The translations under genes and the position numbers were made by a program. A DNA stretch of 47,841 nt, from positions 1 to 47,841 of the forward strand of contig NW_021834526.1 in assembly GCF_006345805.1 (NCBI RefSeq), written 5' to 3'. Below, piece after piece: positions 12,110 to 23,954 of this stretch. The DNA is from Octopus sinensis (taxonomy: Eukaryota). Under the pieces are notes generated by a model, which was not told the DNA's origin, searched no databases, and worked only from the letters and a program-made list of their open reading frames with translations. The stretch's first letter is position 1; every line of letters starts with the position of its first letter.

Positions 12110-12310
12110 AAGGCCTTACCTAGTTTCCATGGCATATATGTAATTGAGATTACAGCATTTTTCCAGAATTGGAGGCCGGTTCATCGCAGGCTCACTCGTC
12201 GAAGCAACATGTAATGAAATGTTTAACTCAAGAACACAACCACCTCGTCCATGAATTGAAATTATGATCATAACATCATGAATACAACACTCTTAACCGC
12301 TACGCCACTT
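12110..12310 (-). mobile_element. SINE family E, decayed
   Basis: gtcgaagcaacatgtaatgaaatgtttaactcaagaacacaac..gaattgaa..cttaaccgctacgcca. Confidence 0.65.
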
Positions 12311-12529
12311 TATTTCACTGAAATGGTCTCATTTAGCAACCACTGACGCATGAACATGCTACATTTATGCAGACATAGAAATATTAAAAACCTATTGATG
12401 ATCGCAGATGAACAAAAAGATACCTGGTGTTTGGTAAATATCAGTCCTTTCATTAATTTTTCTAACTTTTTGTATATCCATATGTATATACAGGTGAATA
12501 TGTAATATACATATGAGAATATATGCATA

Positions 12530-12591
<62 letters not shown>

Positions 12592-12794
12592 AGTATATTT
12601 ACACACGCACACACACACATATATGCTATGGGCTTCTTTCAGATTACGTCTACCATATTCACTCACAAGGGTTTGGTCTGCCACCCATTTCCAATATCTG
12701 AAACGACATGAAGTTAAAAGATAATTAGTTAAAAATTTGTTTTCGCGCTCCTGACGTCTTCCTGGATTCGATGCATGTTATCTCGAAATAGAAA

Positions 12795-13212
12795 CAAGAA
12801 GAAAGAGTGAAAGAAAGTTGTGGTGAAGGAGTACAGTAGGGTTCGCTACCACCACCTGCTGGAGCCTCGTGGAGCTTTAGGCGTTTTCGCTCAATAAACA
12901 CTCACAACGTCCGGTCTTGGAATCGAAACCGCGTTCCTACGACCTAATTCTTTTATTACCCACAAGGGGCTAAACACAGAGGGGACAAACAAGGACAGAC
13001 ATAGGTATTAAGTCGATTACATCGACCTCAGTGCGTAACTGGTAATTAATTTATCGACCCTGAAAGGATGAAAGGCAAAGTCGACTTCGGCGGAATTTGA
13101 ACTCACAACGTAACGGTAGACGAAACACCGCTAAGCATTTCGCCCGGCATGCTAACGTTTCTGCCAGCTCGCCGCGAGTCTGCTGCTCTAACTACTGTGC
13201 CATTGCGCCTCG
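12795..13212 (-). mobile_element. SINE family D interrupted by a family B SINE
   Basis: Host CCTACGACC|GCGAGTC is split by 12945-13175; the intact host junction is seen at 16970-16985. Confidence 0.85.
12945..13175 (-). mobile_element. Full-length family B SINE (nested insert)
   Basis: Reverse complement aligns end to end with 559-793 and with 44295-44513. Confidence 0.9.
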
Positions 13213-13339
13213 ACAAGTTTAACATGTATAGGTAAAATATTCAAACAAATAAATTAGGGTACCGGAATACCGCTTGCTAGAAATAGGAGTGGTAACTTTT
13301 ATTTCTAGCATGTGGTTAGCTGGCAAAATTGAGCAGTAA

Positions 13340-13501
13340 CTATATTTCAAAGGGCCAGGCATGCTGAATCTCCCTGAGAACTAAGTTAAGGGTACATGAG
13401 CCTGTGGAATGCTCAGCCACATACATGTTAATTTTACGACCAGGTTTTCCATCGATTAGATCAACTGGAACCCTCGTCGTCGTAACCAACGGAGTGCCAA
13501 T

Positions 13502-13502
<1 letters not shown>
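13340..13502 (+). mobile_element. SINE 3' tail fragment
   Basis: CTCAGCCACATACATGTTAATTTTACGACCAGG..GATCAACTGGAACCCTCGTCGTCGTAACCAACGGAGTGCCA; recognised from memory as a common octopus SINE tail. Confidence 0.5.
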
Positions 13503-13592
<90 letters not shown>

Positions 13593-14299
13593 CAAGTTAT
13601 CAAGTTAGCGTATAAACGTTATATTAAACTAAATCACTTTTGTAGAATTATAGCTGAGTGTTAAGTAAAAGTAAACCCTAATATATTTACGTAAATTATT
13701 TGATAGCTATTTTCATTATCCAATTTAGTAAACTACAGGATGTCTCGTGGACATAAAAAAAAATTTAACAATTTAATGTCAAACATTTCTACGAAAAATA
13801 ATTTCTGAGTTCTTGTCTTGTAGCACATACGTTTAACGTATCACAACATTGTATGAAATATTACATTACGATAAACATTCCCGATAATATTGTAAAACGT
13901 GAAAATATGCTGTAATAGTTTCTCACTCATGTTCTGATATGATTATAGCTCTACACGCATTCTCACCGCTTTAAGATTTTCTCATCTGCATAATGTTTAT
14001 AAAGGCAAGTGCAAGTATTAATACAAGAGCTTATATATATATTTATATATATGTATGTATATATATATATATATACATGTATACTTTTACATGTGTACAT
14101 ACACGTATACTTCTGTATACAACTACATACAAATATATATGTATATGTATGTGTGTAAAATATATATATGTATGTACACACACACACACATACACACACG
14201 CACGCACACACACAGACACACACACACACACACACACAAACACACACATATATATATATATATATATAATATATATATATATGTATGTATATATCCCTT

Positions 14300-14342
14300 T
14301 ACTTGTTTCAGTCATTTTCACTGTGACCATGCAAGAGCGCCG

Positions 14343-14345
<3 letters not shown>
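14300..14345 (-). mobile_element. SINE family A tail remnant
   Basis: tttacttgtttcagtcattttcactgtgaccatgcaagagcgccgc. Confidence 0.65.
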
Positions 14346-14378
<33 letters not shown>

Positions 14379-15084
14379 CATACATCTAGGAAGATGTTAC
14401 AATGTTACATACATGTAGATCTAAAAATGATTTACATAGATAATTCTGATTTCACTTTTGATGGAACTAGTCTACAATATAGTGAGCAAGGCCCCTGGTC
14501 ATATAAATAAATTCTGTTTACCGTATGTTTTTAAATTCTCACTTTGTGATCTTCAATGTATATATAATATATATATCTTTCGTAGAAATTATTTCTTTCA
14601 ACTTCTCTTAAGGATAGTAGATGCAATATTTTCTTTGCACGCAACACCTATTGTCCCCTACCCAGACACAAACATATTATTTAAAGCGGCCATGTTTTCG
14701 AGCTTTGTCTCGAGAAGTGACAAAACTCGTTGCAGCAGTTTTCCAAGAGTATTCTGCATGCAGTACTGACACCATGGACATTATCAGCCCCCATTCTTAG
14801 ACGAAATCTATCACAACCGATGTATAAGTAAAATCTCAGTACACAATCGCCGGTGTGGCAAGGAGATACGCTCCCAGAGTATGATACGTACATGAATATT
14901 TTAATCTATTATTGCCTATGTTACATGTAACAGATTGTCATTCAGTTGGGCGCCAACTCACAACACCAGTAAATTTTATTCAGTGTTTTTTTTTTTATAT
15001 ATACCGGTGTTGACGGATTCCCTCTAAACATGCTGGATAAGACTAAGTTTATGATATCGTCTAACAAGGCAGTTATGCATCTAA

Positions 15085-15360
15085 CGATACCGTACCAAGT
15101 CTGAGACCGTACCAAGTGGCGGTCGTCCATCACCATGGGAACCAAAACTTTCAAGCCATCAGAAAAGAAAAGGAAGAAATCAAACGACAGGAGAGAAAGG
15201 CCAGACGAAGCAACCTCGTCTTCCTCCAACATTACCATGTATTGACATCGTCGTTTCAACGCAAGAATTAGTCTACGGCGTCATCAACGGCATAACCATA
15301 AAAGAAGCGTTCGGCAAAGAAGAAAATAAATTCTCGGATAAGAAGTAAAGCCGACGACGA
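15085..15360 (+). mobile_element. RTE-clade LINE 3' fragment
   Basis: Translation with frameshifts: DRTKWRSSITMGTKTF / QAIRKEKEEIKRQERKARRS / FNARISLRRHQRH, matching the RTE C-terminus (DRxxWR..RKxRRERRK..F.ARIGLxxHxRxH). Confidence 0.75.
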
Positions 15361-15519
15361 ATATATTTCTTTTTTAAACATAGCATGCTAATAGGAGAAC
15401 CTATTATCTCCATACAAATACGGCTGCAGATTTATCGATATGTTTATTTTCAGTACGATTTATAAATGGATATATATGTATGTATGCGTGCGTTTACATA
15501 TATATATAGAGAGAAAAAG

Positions 15520-16170
15520 TATAACCAGCTTAAATTGCAAAGATAATCTGGAACTCGACTGAGGAAAGAAAACTCCGAATGACCCGTTCTTGTTTTTTTT
15601 TTCTTGTCCCTTTTTTGTATCATCTTTCACTTCAAACTGTCCATTTTCTTTTTTTCACGTCCCTCTCTATTCTTCTATCCCTCCGCCTCTACTTCTCTCC
15701 TCTCCACGTGACCGGTGTACGGCCAAGCCTGACCTTTCTTTCTTGGTTCAACTACCATCTGTGAAACATCTATATTCCTCCCCATTCCTGTCATCTCTTA
15801 TGCCCATCCCTTAAGGCTTCACTTTCACACACGCCAACTTAATTTAATTCGTCTTTAGTCGAAAGAGACCTGTTGTTAATATCCTGTTATTTGCATTTGT
15901 ATTTGTGTACCATTTCTCCGTTTTTTTTCCGACCTTGTTTTCGCATATATTCGCTGCTTTATTCCAAGGATTCTAGTGCTCTTAGCTTTACTTTTCCCTG
16001 GAGCTGGCCAGATTGGAGCGATCTCGAGTATAACTAGTCGAAATTGGAATCTGGATAATCTGGAACTCGAATAAGAAAAAAAAACTCGGAATGACCCGTC
16101 CTTGTTTTTGCTTGTCCCATTATTGTATCATCTGTCTGAAGGTTTTGCGTTCTTGTCCCATTTACATGTA
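15520..16170. mobile_element. Non-coding element with ~100-bp terminal direct repeats (Penelope-terminus-like); related copy at 39600-40135
   Basis: ATAACCAGCTTAAATTG..GATAATCTGGAACTCGA..AAAACTCCGAATGACCCGT..CTTGTCCC..TTGTATCATCT occurs at about 15521-15628 and again at about 16031-16136. Penelope assignment is inference. Confidence 0.6.
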
Positions 16171-16209
16171 AATATATATATATATAGTTAATCCTATATG
16201 CATATACAC

Positions 16210-16285
<76 letters not shown>

Positions 16286-16749
16286 GTATGTATACATATG
16301 TACGTACTATATACACGCACACGCGCGCATATATATTTACATTGATTCATTCGAAAAAGTGACATGCACGTACATTTCTAAGGCTAATAACACTGCGTGG
16401 TGTTAACCGTAGAATTGTATCAATGGCAATGGTTTCCGTTGATCATATATCACTAATTCCAATATGAAATACGCACGCACACACACACGTATATTTATAC
16501 ATATGTATAAATGTGACATATGTATGTATACATATGCATATGTGTGTGTATGTGTTTGTGTGTTTGTGTGCATATATATGTACATGTGTGTGTTCTTGTG
16601 TGCATTTGAGAAAATATTTGAGCAAGTTCGTGAGAGATTGAGAAATAAAGAGAGGGAAATACAAAGAAATATAACAATGCTAATGCAGAATTAATTTTGA
16701 TGTACCCTTTGACATGTTTTGTTGTGTTGTTTGTTCCTTCTCGAGACAT

Positions 16750-17012
16750 CCCTGGCTCATTAGGGCCGGTTTCCCGGTTTGCTTGGCGTATAGGTTCCCC
16801 ACCGGTCCGTCGCAGGTGAGCTGCAAGATGCAGGAGTAAAGAGTGAGAGAAATTTGTGGCGAAAGAGTCAGCAGAAGTTTGCCATTACCTTCTGCGGGGC
16901 CGCGTGGAGCTTAGATGTCTCGCTCATAAACACACACATCGCCCGGTCTGAGATTCGAACCCGCGATCCTTCGTCCGCGAGTCCGCTGCTCTAACCACTA
17001 GGCCATGTGCCT
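16750..17012 (-). mobile_element. Well-preserved tRNA-derived SINE, family D
   Basis: Reverse complement head GGAGGCACATGGCCTAGTGGTTAGAGCAGCGGACTCGC..GCGGGTTCGAATCTCAG has clear A box (TGGCCTAGTGG) and B box (GGTTCGAATC). Confidence 0.9.
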
Positions 17013-17089
17013 CCATGACATGTAGGTTAGTAAAATCGTGTGTTCTGGGACGTCTTATACATTACTTCATGTGATTACTAATCTCATAG

Positions 17090-17161
17090 CGATTGTCAGA
17101 GAAGGATTCAAACTCTGTTATTTCGTCTGATGACAGATACAGTACTTGAAGCGAACACTCC
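17090..17161 (+). CDS. Candidate coding exon (phase 2-2), unknown product
   Basis: Acceptor actaatctcatag|, donor CC|gtaacc, open frame DCQRRIQTLLFRLMTDTVLEANT. A competing minus-strand exon (17066-17203) is equally plausible. Confidence 0.2.
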
Positions 17162-18207
17162 GTAACCGACTGCGCGATACGCGTAAGATCATGCGAATTT
17201 CCTCTATATCGTGTATCAGAAATAGAGAAACTAAATATGATTATAAGTAAATAACTATTCAAACAGTTCAAAAGTGTACATGTGTAAATATCAACCCATA
17301 CCTTTCAAGCATTATGCGTTCATAGTTCTGAAAATGTTTGCTGCTATGAACAGTCATATTTTAGAAGAGTGTGGCTATGTCCCACAGTAGTCGAAAGATA
17401 GCCATAATCATATCCGGTCCTTATGATATGCATACACAAGTCAAATAAGCAATACAATACATATAAACACAAAATCAGATGCACACATACACATGCACAC
17501 ACACAAAGCACACATACACATACATTCACACAAGTACACACAAATGTTTGGGTTTAAAAACGAAATGTTCTCAACGCATATTGTAAAGTTTCTTTATTAG
17601 AAAAAAACGCTTTCCATATATGTGTGTATGAGTGTATGTTTTGTTGCATGTGTGTATGTCTCGAGAATTATTTATATTCATTCCGTACATATTTTTTTAT
17701 GACATAAGTGCGAATAGGTTTAATATTTCTCATAGATACTATTTTTACAATGCTTCATAATCATATAACTAGAATTCATATATATACTTTTTATATTTGG
17801 TATTTTATGCTAATTAAACTCATAACTTGAACTATATAATAATACAAAAATCAAAAAAGCAATTCTGATGTTTTTTTTTTCTAGTGGTTTCCAAGGGTAA
17901 AATTTCTCCAATACAATTATGACCGTCATTAAGAAAAAACATGACCCAACTACAGGGTCTTATTTATTTTATATCTTAATTCAAACCAGTCAGAATGTAC
18001 CCAGCGATCTAACTATGTTTCAATTTATACCGATTTACAAAATTTGTAAACTTTGGTAATTTTATGTTTTTAAATGTTTGGAAAATCTTTTCCAGTGCAT
18101 GGCTTAGTATAATGCATACATACATATAGATAGGCATAGATAATTACATACAACACACACACACATATATGTCTATATATGTCTGCGTACCTCTCTCTCT
18201 CTCTCTT

Positions 18208-18271
<64 letters not shown>

Positions 18272-18743
18272 ATATACCGTTTTCACTAATGTTAAATATA
18301 TACTTGTGTTATTTATACAGGAGTATTTATGGTTATTTACAATATTGTTTCGTCCCGAAATCTTGTACAGAGATTATTTATTTTTTTAGTTTTTGACTCC
18401 ATTACCATTTAAGTATTTATTTAATTTGGAAAGTTTCAGTTGCTACTTCAAGGTTTCAAGGATATTGCTGGAAGATTACATGTTTACCAATTAGGTTTTT
18501 TTTTCTTTTACCTGGATTTGAAAACAGTCTAGTTCTGAAAATTTAGTAAATGCCATTTATGTACTAACAGAAACTCTTAGTTCCAGATCAACTCTTGCCA
18601 ATGGAGATTCCTCATTAATTTTACTATAACACACAATTAGTATTCGCAGTAGTTTCCTTAACTTTTAAGAGAATGATAACCAGTAAAAAATATCTTAATT
18701 TTCTACATTATCTTATTACATATTTAATAATGTTTTTCCTAAG

Positions 18744-18782
18744 GATAAAGAAATGTATGCAGATATGTTCAAGGAATTTGTA
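18744..18782 (+). CDS. Candidate coding exon (phase 0-0), DKEMYADMFKEFV
   Basis: Acceptor aatgtttttcctaag|G, donor GTA|gtaaga, 39 nt open; phase-compatible with 19347-19408. Confidence 0.35.
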
Positions 18783-19276
18783 GTAAGAAAATATGATTGC
18801 ATCAATATTACTTGTGATTGAATTTATTTTAATAGCAAATAATTTTACGAAATTTGTTTGGTACATTAAAATTTTATGTTACGTTTAACAGAAATTTCTT
18901 ACAAACGGAAGTATTTTTCGTTCTTAGATGATAGTAAATACACACCACAACACACACACACACCACACACATATATATATATATTATATATATATATATA
19001 ATATAAATACATATATATATAATAATATATATGTATATATATATATATATATATATACATGTGCGTGTGCAATAGTGTATATGCGTGTTTTATACGTTTA
19101 TATACATATATATGTCTGTCACTGTGAGAGAGAGCGTGCGTGTGTCTAATTGTATGTGTATGTGTGTATGTACTTATACATATATATATATGATATGATA
19201 CAGTATAATGTATATACATATACGTACATGCATATATATATACATACATATATATATGAGTATATATATATATGCG

Positions 19277-19310
<34 letters not shown>

Positions 19311-19346
19311 AATGCATGTAATCATACTATATTCGAATACCACTAG

Positions 19347-19408
19347 GAGCGTATAATGATGTTTTATTGGAAGTTAATGATTTCACAAACTGTTACATGG
19401 AGTTTCAG
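19347..19408 (+). CDS. Candidate coding exon, 62 nt
   Basis: Acceptor ataccactag|G, strong donor CAG|gtgagc. Two open frames: ERIMMFYWKLMISQTVTWSF (0-2) or AYNDVLLEVNDFTNCYMEFQ (1-0). Confidence 0.35.
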
Positions 19409-19490
19409 GTGAGCGATCATCAGACAACTGTAGAATGATGCAATACCCACTTACCAAGTATACAATAAAAACTAACATTTTTCAAAATAG

Positions 19491-19518
19491 TGGGAATTTC
19501 TTGAATGAAAGCGATTGA
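19491..19518 (+). CDS. Candidate terminal coding exon
   Basis: Follows an 82-nt intron with CTAAC branch point and tttttcaaaatag acceptor; reads (S)GNFLNESD* or WEFLE*; ATTAAA at 19561. Confidence 0.3.
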
Positions 19519-20089
19519 CCGTAGAGGAAAAATATAAAAATACTGAGGCGAATCGTATAAATTAAAAATTGGATAGTGTAAGGCATCTGTACTCGTAGAA
19601 ACGTGTGTAAAGATAAACAAAATGTGAAGAAGAAGAAGCAGAGAGTTCGGGGAAAGTACGTGTGTCATTAAATGACCGAAAATAAGTGACTTGAAGTTGA
19701 AGAGAGATAGAGAATCCAGCAGGTGGGATTAGTACTGCGCAGGAGGGTGCTCAAAGACCATTTTTTTGTGTGTGATATCAGCTGTGTGCGTGTGTGTTTA
19801 TGTTTATGCAAGTGATGTGTGTGGGATCCAGAGATGACTTGATGTTTTTGTGAGTTCTTTGGAGTCGCTGAGTTTGTATATATGTGTTCGTGTGCGTGTG
19901 GGTATGAGTGTGTGTAAGTCAGTGTGTACTTATATGTTTGAGTATGTGTTTGTATATATGTATTTAATAATAGTATATATACATATATATGTGTGTGTGG
20001 ACGGGTAGATGTGTACATAGTATGTGTGAGGAGGTGTAAGTTATGTATATGGGTGTGTGGAAATGTGTGGAAGATAGATTAGAAAAATA

Positions 20090-20880
20090 CAGTAAAAAAA
20101 TTAAAAGGAATGAGAGGGAAAAGAAAGTTGGAAGTTCTTACAAGAAGGGTGGGGGCTGTTAAGTCCAAGCAGTATATAAATTCTTAGTGTGAAAATGTAC
20201 GGTTGCTCCTGGCGGAGTCTGATGCTGCCCGATTGTGTAAGGCCAGAACAAAGATTGAGGTGTTCAGTGGAGTGGTTGATCAAGTAGAAGTGATGGGGAC
20301 GGGACAGGCGTGGTGGATATCGCATAAATGTTGTTTGAATCCGTTGGCTAAACGGTGGACAGACTACCCAACGTATAATGGGTCGCAAAATATACATTGG
20401 AGGCAATAGATGGCATTAAAAGAGAAAGCGTCCTGAATGAGGATAGCGTGTTGGCTGATCCTAGTGAGCGACGTAGTGCTGATGAAGAGACAGATGTGGC
20501 AACGAGTCGTGGAGCAAAGATAGGATCCAGGATTGAGGCAGGGAACTACGGATTAGTAAGCCATGTAGGTTACAGGTGCGTATGAAGCAGGGGAGAAGTG
20601 GGTTGGAGAAAAGGGAAGTGGTGGGATCGGAATGGAGAAGTTGTAGGGTCCATAGAATTTTCCGACGAAAGGGTGGGACGGAAAAAATGGAAACGGGATG
20701 AGAGTAGGAGACGGGTGTGGTGAAGGACAGAGGGCTGAGTTGCAATCAAGTTGGTAGGCATGGGCAACGGCGGCAGGGCCATTGGTGAAAGAGTATCCGC
20801 TTCGTATTGACAGACGGGCCAATGATTGAGATTTAGTCTCAAAATCTTGGTCGCGGCCGCACGGACGCAAAAGGCACATA
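20090..20880 (-). mobile_element. 5'-truncated Penelope-like element (RT thumb, linker and GIY-YIG endonuclease), pseudogenised
   Basis: Minus frames read LRPCGRDQDFETKSQ..RSGY (RT thumb), IRTCNLHGLLIRSSLP (linker), and HHFYLINHSTEHLNL..RLRQEQPYIF..GLNSP (GIY-YIG C-terminal half). A putative 3' UTR continues towards about 19620. Confidence 0.85.
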
Positions 20881-20924
20881 TATGCACACACACACGCATA
20901 TATATATATAAAGAGATAGATAGA

Positions 20925-22225
20925 TAATAACGGTATAATGTTTTTTTTTATTCTCCGATTTAAAGCGACAGTTTATAAATACAAACGAATCACTGAAAGA
21001 TGATTCTCCAACGAGAATCGAACCCACAAATCAACGCTAACACGGCTCCTTGCGCATCCGATTGTTCAGTCATCAATTTCAGCCAAATTTAGTTAAAATA
21101 TACTTAAACTGTCTAATCTATATATATAAAACTGTAGTTGTGTGAGTGTCTGTCCCCTTCCATTTAGATTCCTAACTACTCCCACATTTTGCGGTGCAGT
21201 TTAACCAAATTCGGGTATCTTATAGTCGTGATTTATATCGAGCCCGTCTGGCTATTAGCGCGCGTCTACGATGAGTCTACGATTTAAAAAAAATAATTAA
21301 CATAATTTTTTTTCCATTTTAATGCATATTTTTCGTGTGTCGATGGCAGCGGAGTTGGCGTCCACGCTCAAACACCTGCACCTGTGTTTGCTTCTCCCCC
21401 TTCTTCCCTCCCTAATGAATCTGTGGGGAAAGGAGTTTAAGGAAATCAACGTCGTAATGCGTTGTCAAGGAGACCAGCGTTCTTTTAGAACAACGACTTC
21501 ATGGCTTGAAGACACCAAAACAGAAATGGCTAAGAAAGCCCGAATTGGCATCTATAAAGGAAGTAACTCTCTAAAAATGCTTATATAGTTATTTCCCTTA
21601 CAAACCCGAGCAACGCCGGGCGATACTGCTAGTACTACATATAATATTTGTAAATAAACGTGGAAGGCTTTGTAAATTACAGTGAAAAAGCTACTGTGGA
21701 TGGTTCATAGTTTAATAATAACTATATAATAATATATCATAATAGTATTTTATCCTCCGAAGCGGCAATTTATAAATACAAACAAATGACTGAAAAATGA
21801 TGAGCTAACCCCAGCCAAAATCGAACCCACAAGACAACGCTAACACGGCTCCAAGCGCATCAGATTGCGCAAAACACACACCCATCAATTGTTAACAAAT
21901 CGTTTGTTTACAAATATTATATGTAGTATAGACAGTTTAAGTATATATTAACTACATTTGGCTGAAAGTGATGGGTGAGAGTCTTGTCAAATCGGATGCG
22001 CAAGGAGTCATGCTAGCGTTGATTTGTGGGTTCGATTCTGACTGGGGCTAGCTCATCCTTTTTCAGTCATTTGCTTGTATTTAGAGATGGTCCCTTAAGA
22101 TCGGTGAATAAAATATTATCATGATATATACATTTATTATTACACTATGCGCCTTCCATCACAGCTTTCCGTAATTTACAAAGAATTCCTTGTTTATTTA
22201 CAAATATTATATCTATATAGTTACA
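20925..22225. repeat. Fold-back structure of a ~290-bp unit: about 1.7 tandem units on + followed by about 1.1 units on -
   Basis: AATACAAAC.AATGACTGAAAAA.GATGAGCTA.CCCCAG..AATCGAACCCACAA..CAACGCTA.CA.GGCTCC..GCGCATC.GATT occurs at about 20975 (+), 21775 (+) and 22085 (-). Inversion centre near 21895. Confidence 0.85.
21117..21632 (+). mobile_element. Non-autonomous Helitron
   Basis: 5' TCTATATATATAAAA preceded by A; subterminal hairpin CCCG-AGCAACGC-CGGG; 3' CTAG followed by T; no TSD; interrupts ctgtcta^tactac, which is intact in the inverted arm. Confidence 0.9.
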
Positions 22226-22423
22226 TAGATACATAAGAGTGACTGACGCTGGAACCAAGTGTTTCGTCCCTTGCACTTACTAAATTTGTATATTAATCGT
22301 AAATTTTCATATTATATTGGAACACGTAATCTTTTTTACTTATTAAACAAGAAAAATAAATCAAAATTGATAACATGAAAATACATATGAATTCCAATAT
22401 ATGCTTGTGCCCAAATATAATAG

Positions 22424-22507
<84 letters not shown>

Positions 22508-23128
22508 GTGTTTTAATCTGCCGTTATAAGAGACGTTTATGTAAAGGTATGTTCGTCACAAGGCAAACAATTCCAAACTGCTAACAATAAACAGAAACGA
22601 GGTGTAGAATTCATTAATTTGTGTGTTCAATAAATGATCATAGTATATGTGTGTACGAAAAAAGGTAAAGTGATTCATTATATATATTGAGAATAATATA
22701 CATTGAAAAATATGTATTGTAATCATTGGTTACCCTTGTATAGTTACAGGCTATATTAATATTTCGGATCTAATTAAACTCTGTTGCAATGTTCTATTAT
22801 GGCTAGTTTATTAAATTGTTTGCAGTTTTATTTCCTTATGAATATTTTCCGTTTTTCGGTTCCACCCATATTGCCTTATATTTTCTTTAGTACTTTCATA
22901 TTTCATTTCAGCGATACCATTGTTAGTCATACAAGAAGTCTCTCTTCTTTATAATGATAAGCTACTTCAAACCAGTCTACATAGTATATGAGTCTATAGC
23001 TTATCGGTGTGTTCGAATAGGGATCGGCCAGCAATATATTCTAATAAAACTTGAGCTGTGTTATTAAATTTAAGTTACGTATTTTTCTATTTTTCGTCAT
23101 ACATAGATGTCTGTAAGTATAGACATAC

Positions 23129-23215
<87 letters not shown>

Positions 23216-23574
23216 CGTGTGTGTGTGTGTGTGTTGTGTGTACATACATATACATATGCGTGTATATATGTATGTACGTATGTAGAGAGAGTGGGGAGAC
23301 CTGGGAGAGAACGATCTTGTTTGAAAGTATTATGTGTGAGCGTGGGAATGTAACTCTTTGTTCACTACGAGAATATATTTCTGTGTAAAATAATTTATTA
23401 GTCTGCACATTGGGTTTGAACCACGGGCTATATATTAATATATAACGTAATCGATGTACACTAAATATCATATCAAGGTAGATTTTTATTAAATAATAAT
23501 GAATGTATAATATTATCCCTCACATAGATTTAAGTTTCACATATATATTCATATATATGAACGTATGAATATAA

Positions 23575-23606
<32 letters not shown>

Positions 23607-23954
23607 GTGTGTGTTTGTGTGTGTATTTGTGTTTGTGTGTGTGTGTATGTGTGTGTGTGTGTGTGTGTGTATGAGTAGTGACAGGCGTGAGTTCAGATTC
23701 ACCACCCGCAATTATGCTAGCATTACTGATGAGTATTAATTTCTGTAAGAAATTAGCGTGCACCTCTCTTGCCAGTTTAATAGAACCTGTGCTTTCTGTG
23801 GCTCATGAATCTCTGAATCGTATTTCTAGCAATGTCGGTGTTCCCTGCAGCCTTGGTCACTTTTTAATGATGGGGAATTAATTACTTTTTGGTTTTAATA
23901 CAGAGAGTTGCTTATTTGCAAAAAAAAAAAAGAAATATAACATGTGACTTCATT

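Noticed and set aside
16935-17012. tRNA-like sequence with A and B boxes
   Set aside because: The acceptor stem does not close and the sequence continues into a repeated SINE body, so it is a SINE head and not a tRNA gene.
17127-17160. CTGATGA hammerhead core word (also at 23726 and 39361)
   Set aside because: No stem II followed by GAAA at a suitable distance.
17066-17203. LQVLYLSSDEITEF as a leucine-rich repeat
   Set aside because: Single unit, Asp replaces the conserved Asn, and there are no neighbouring repeats.
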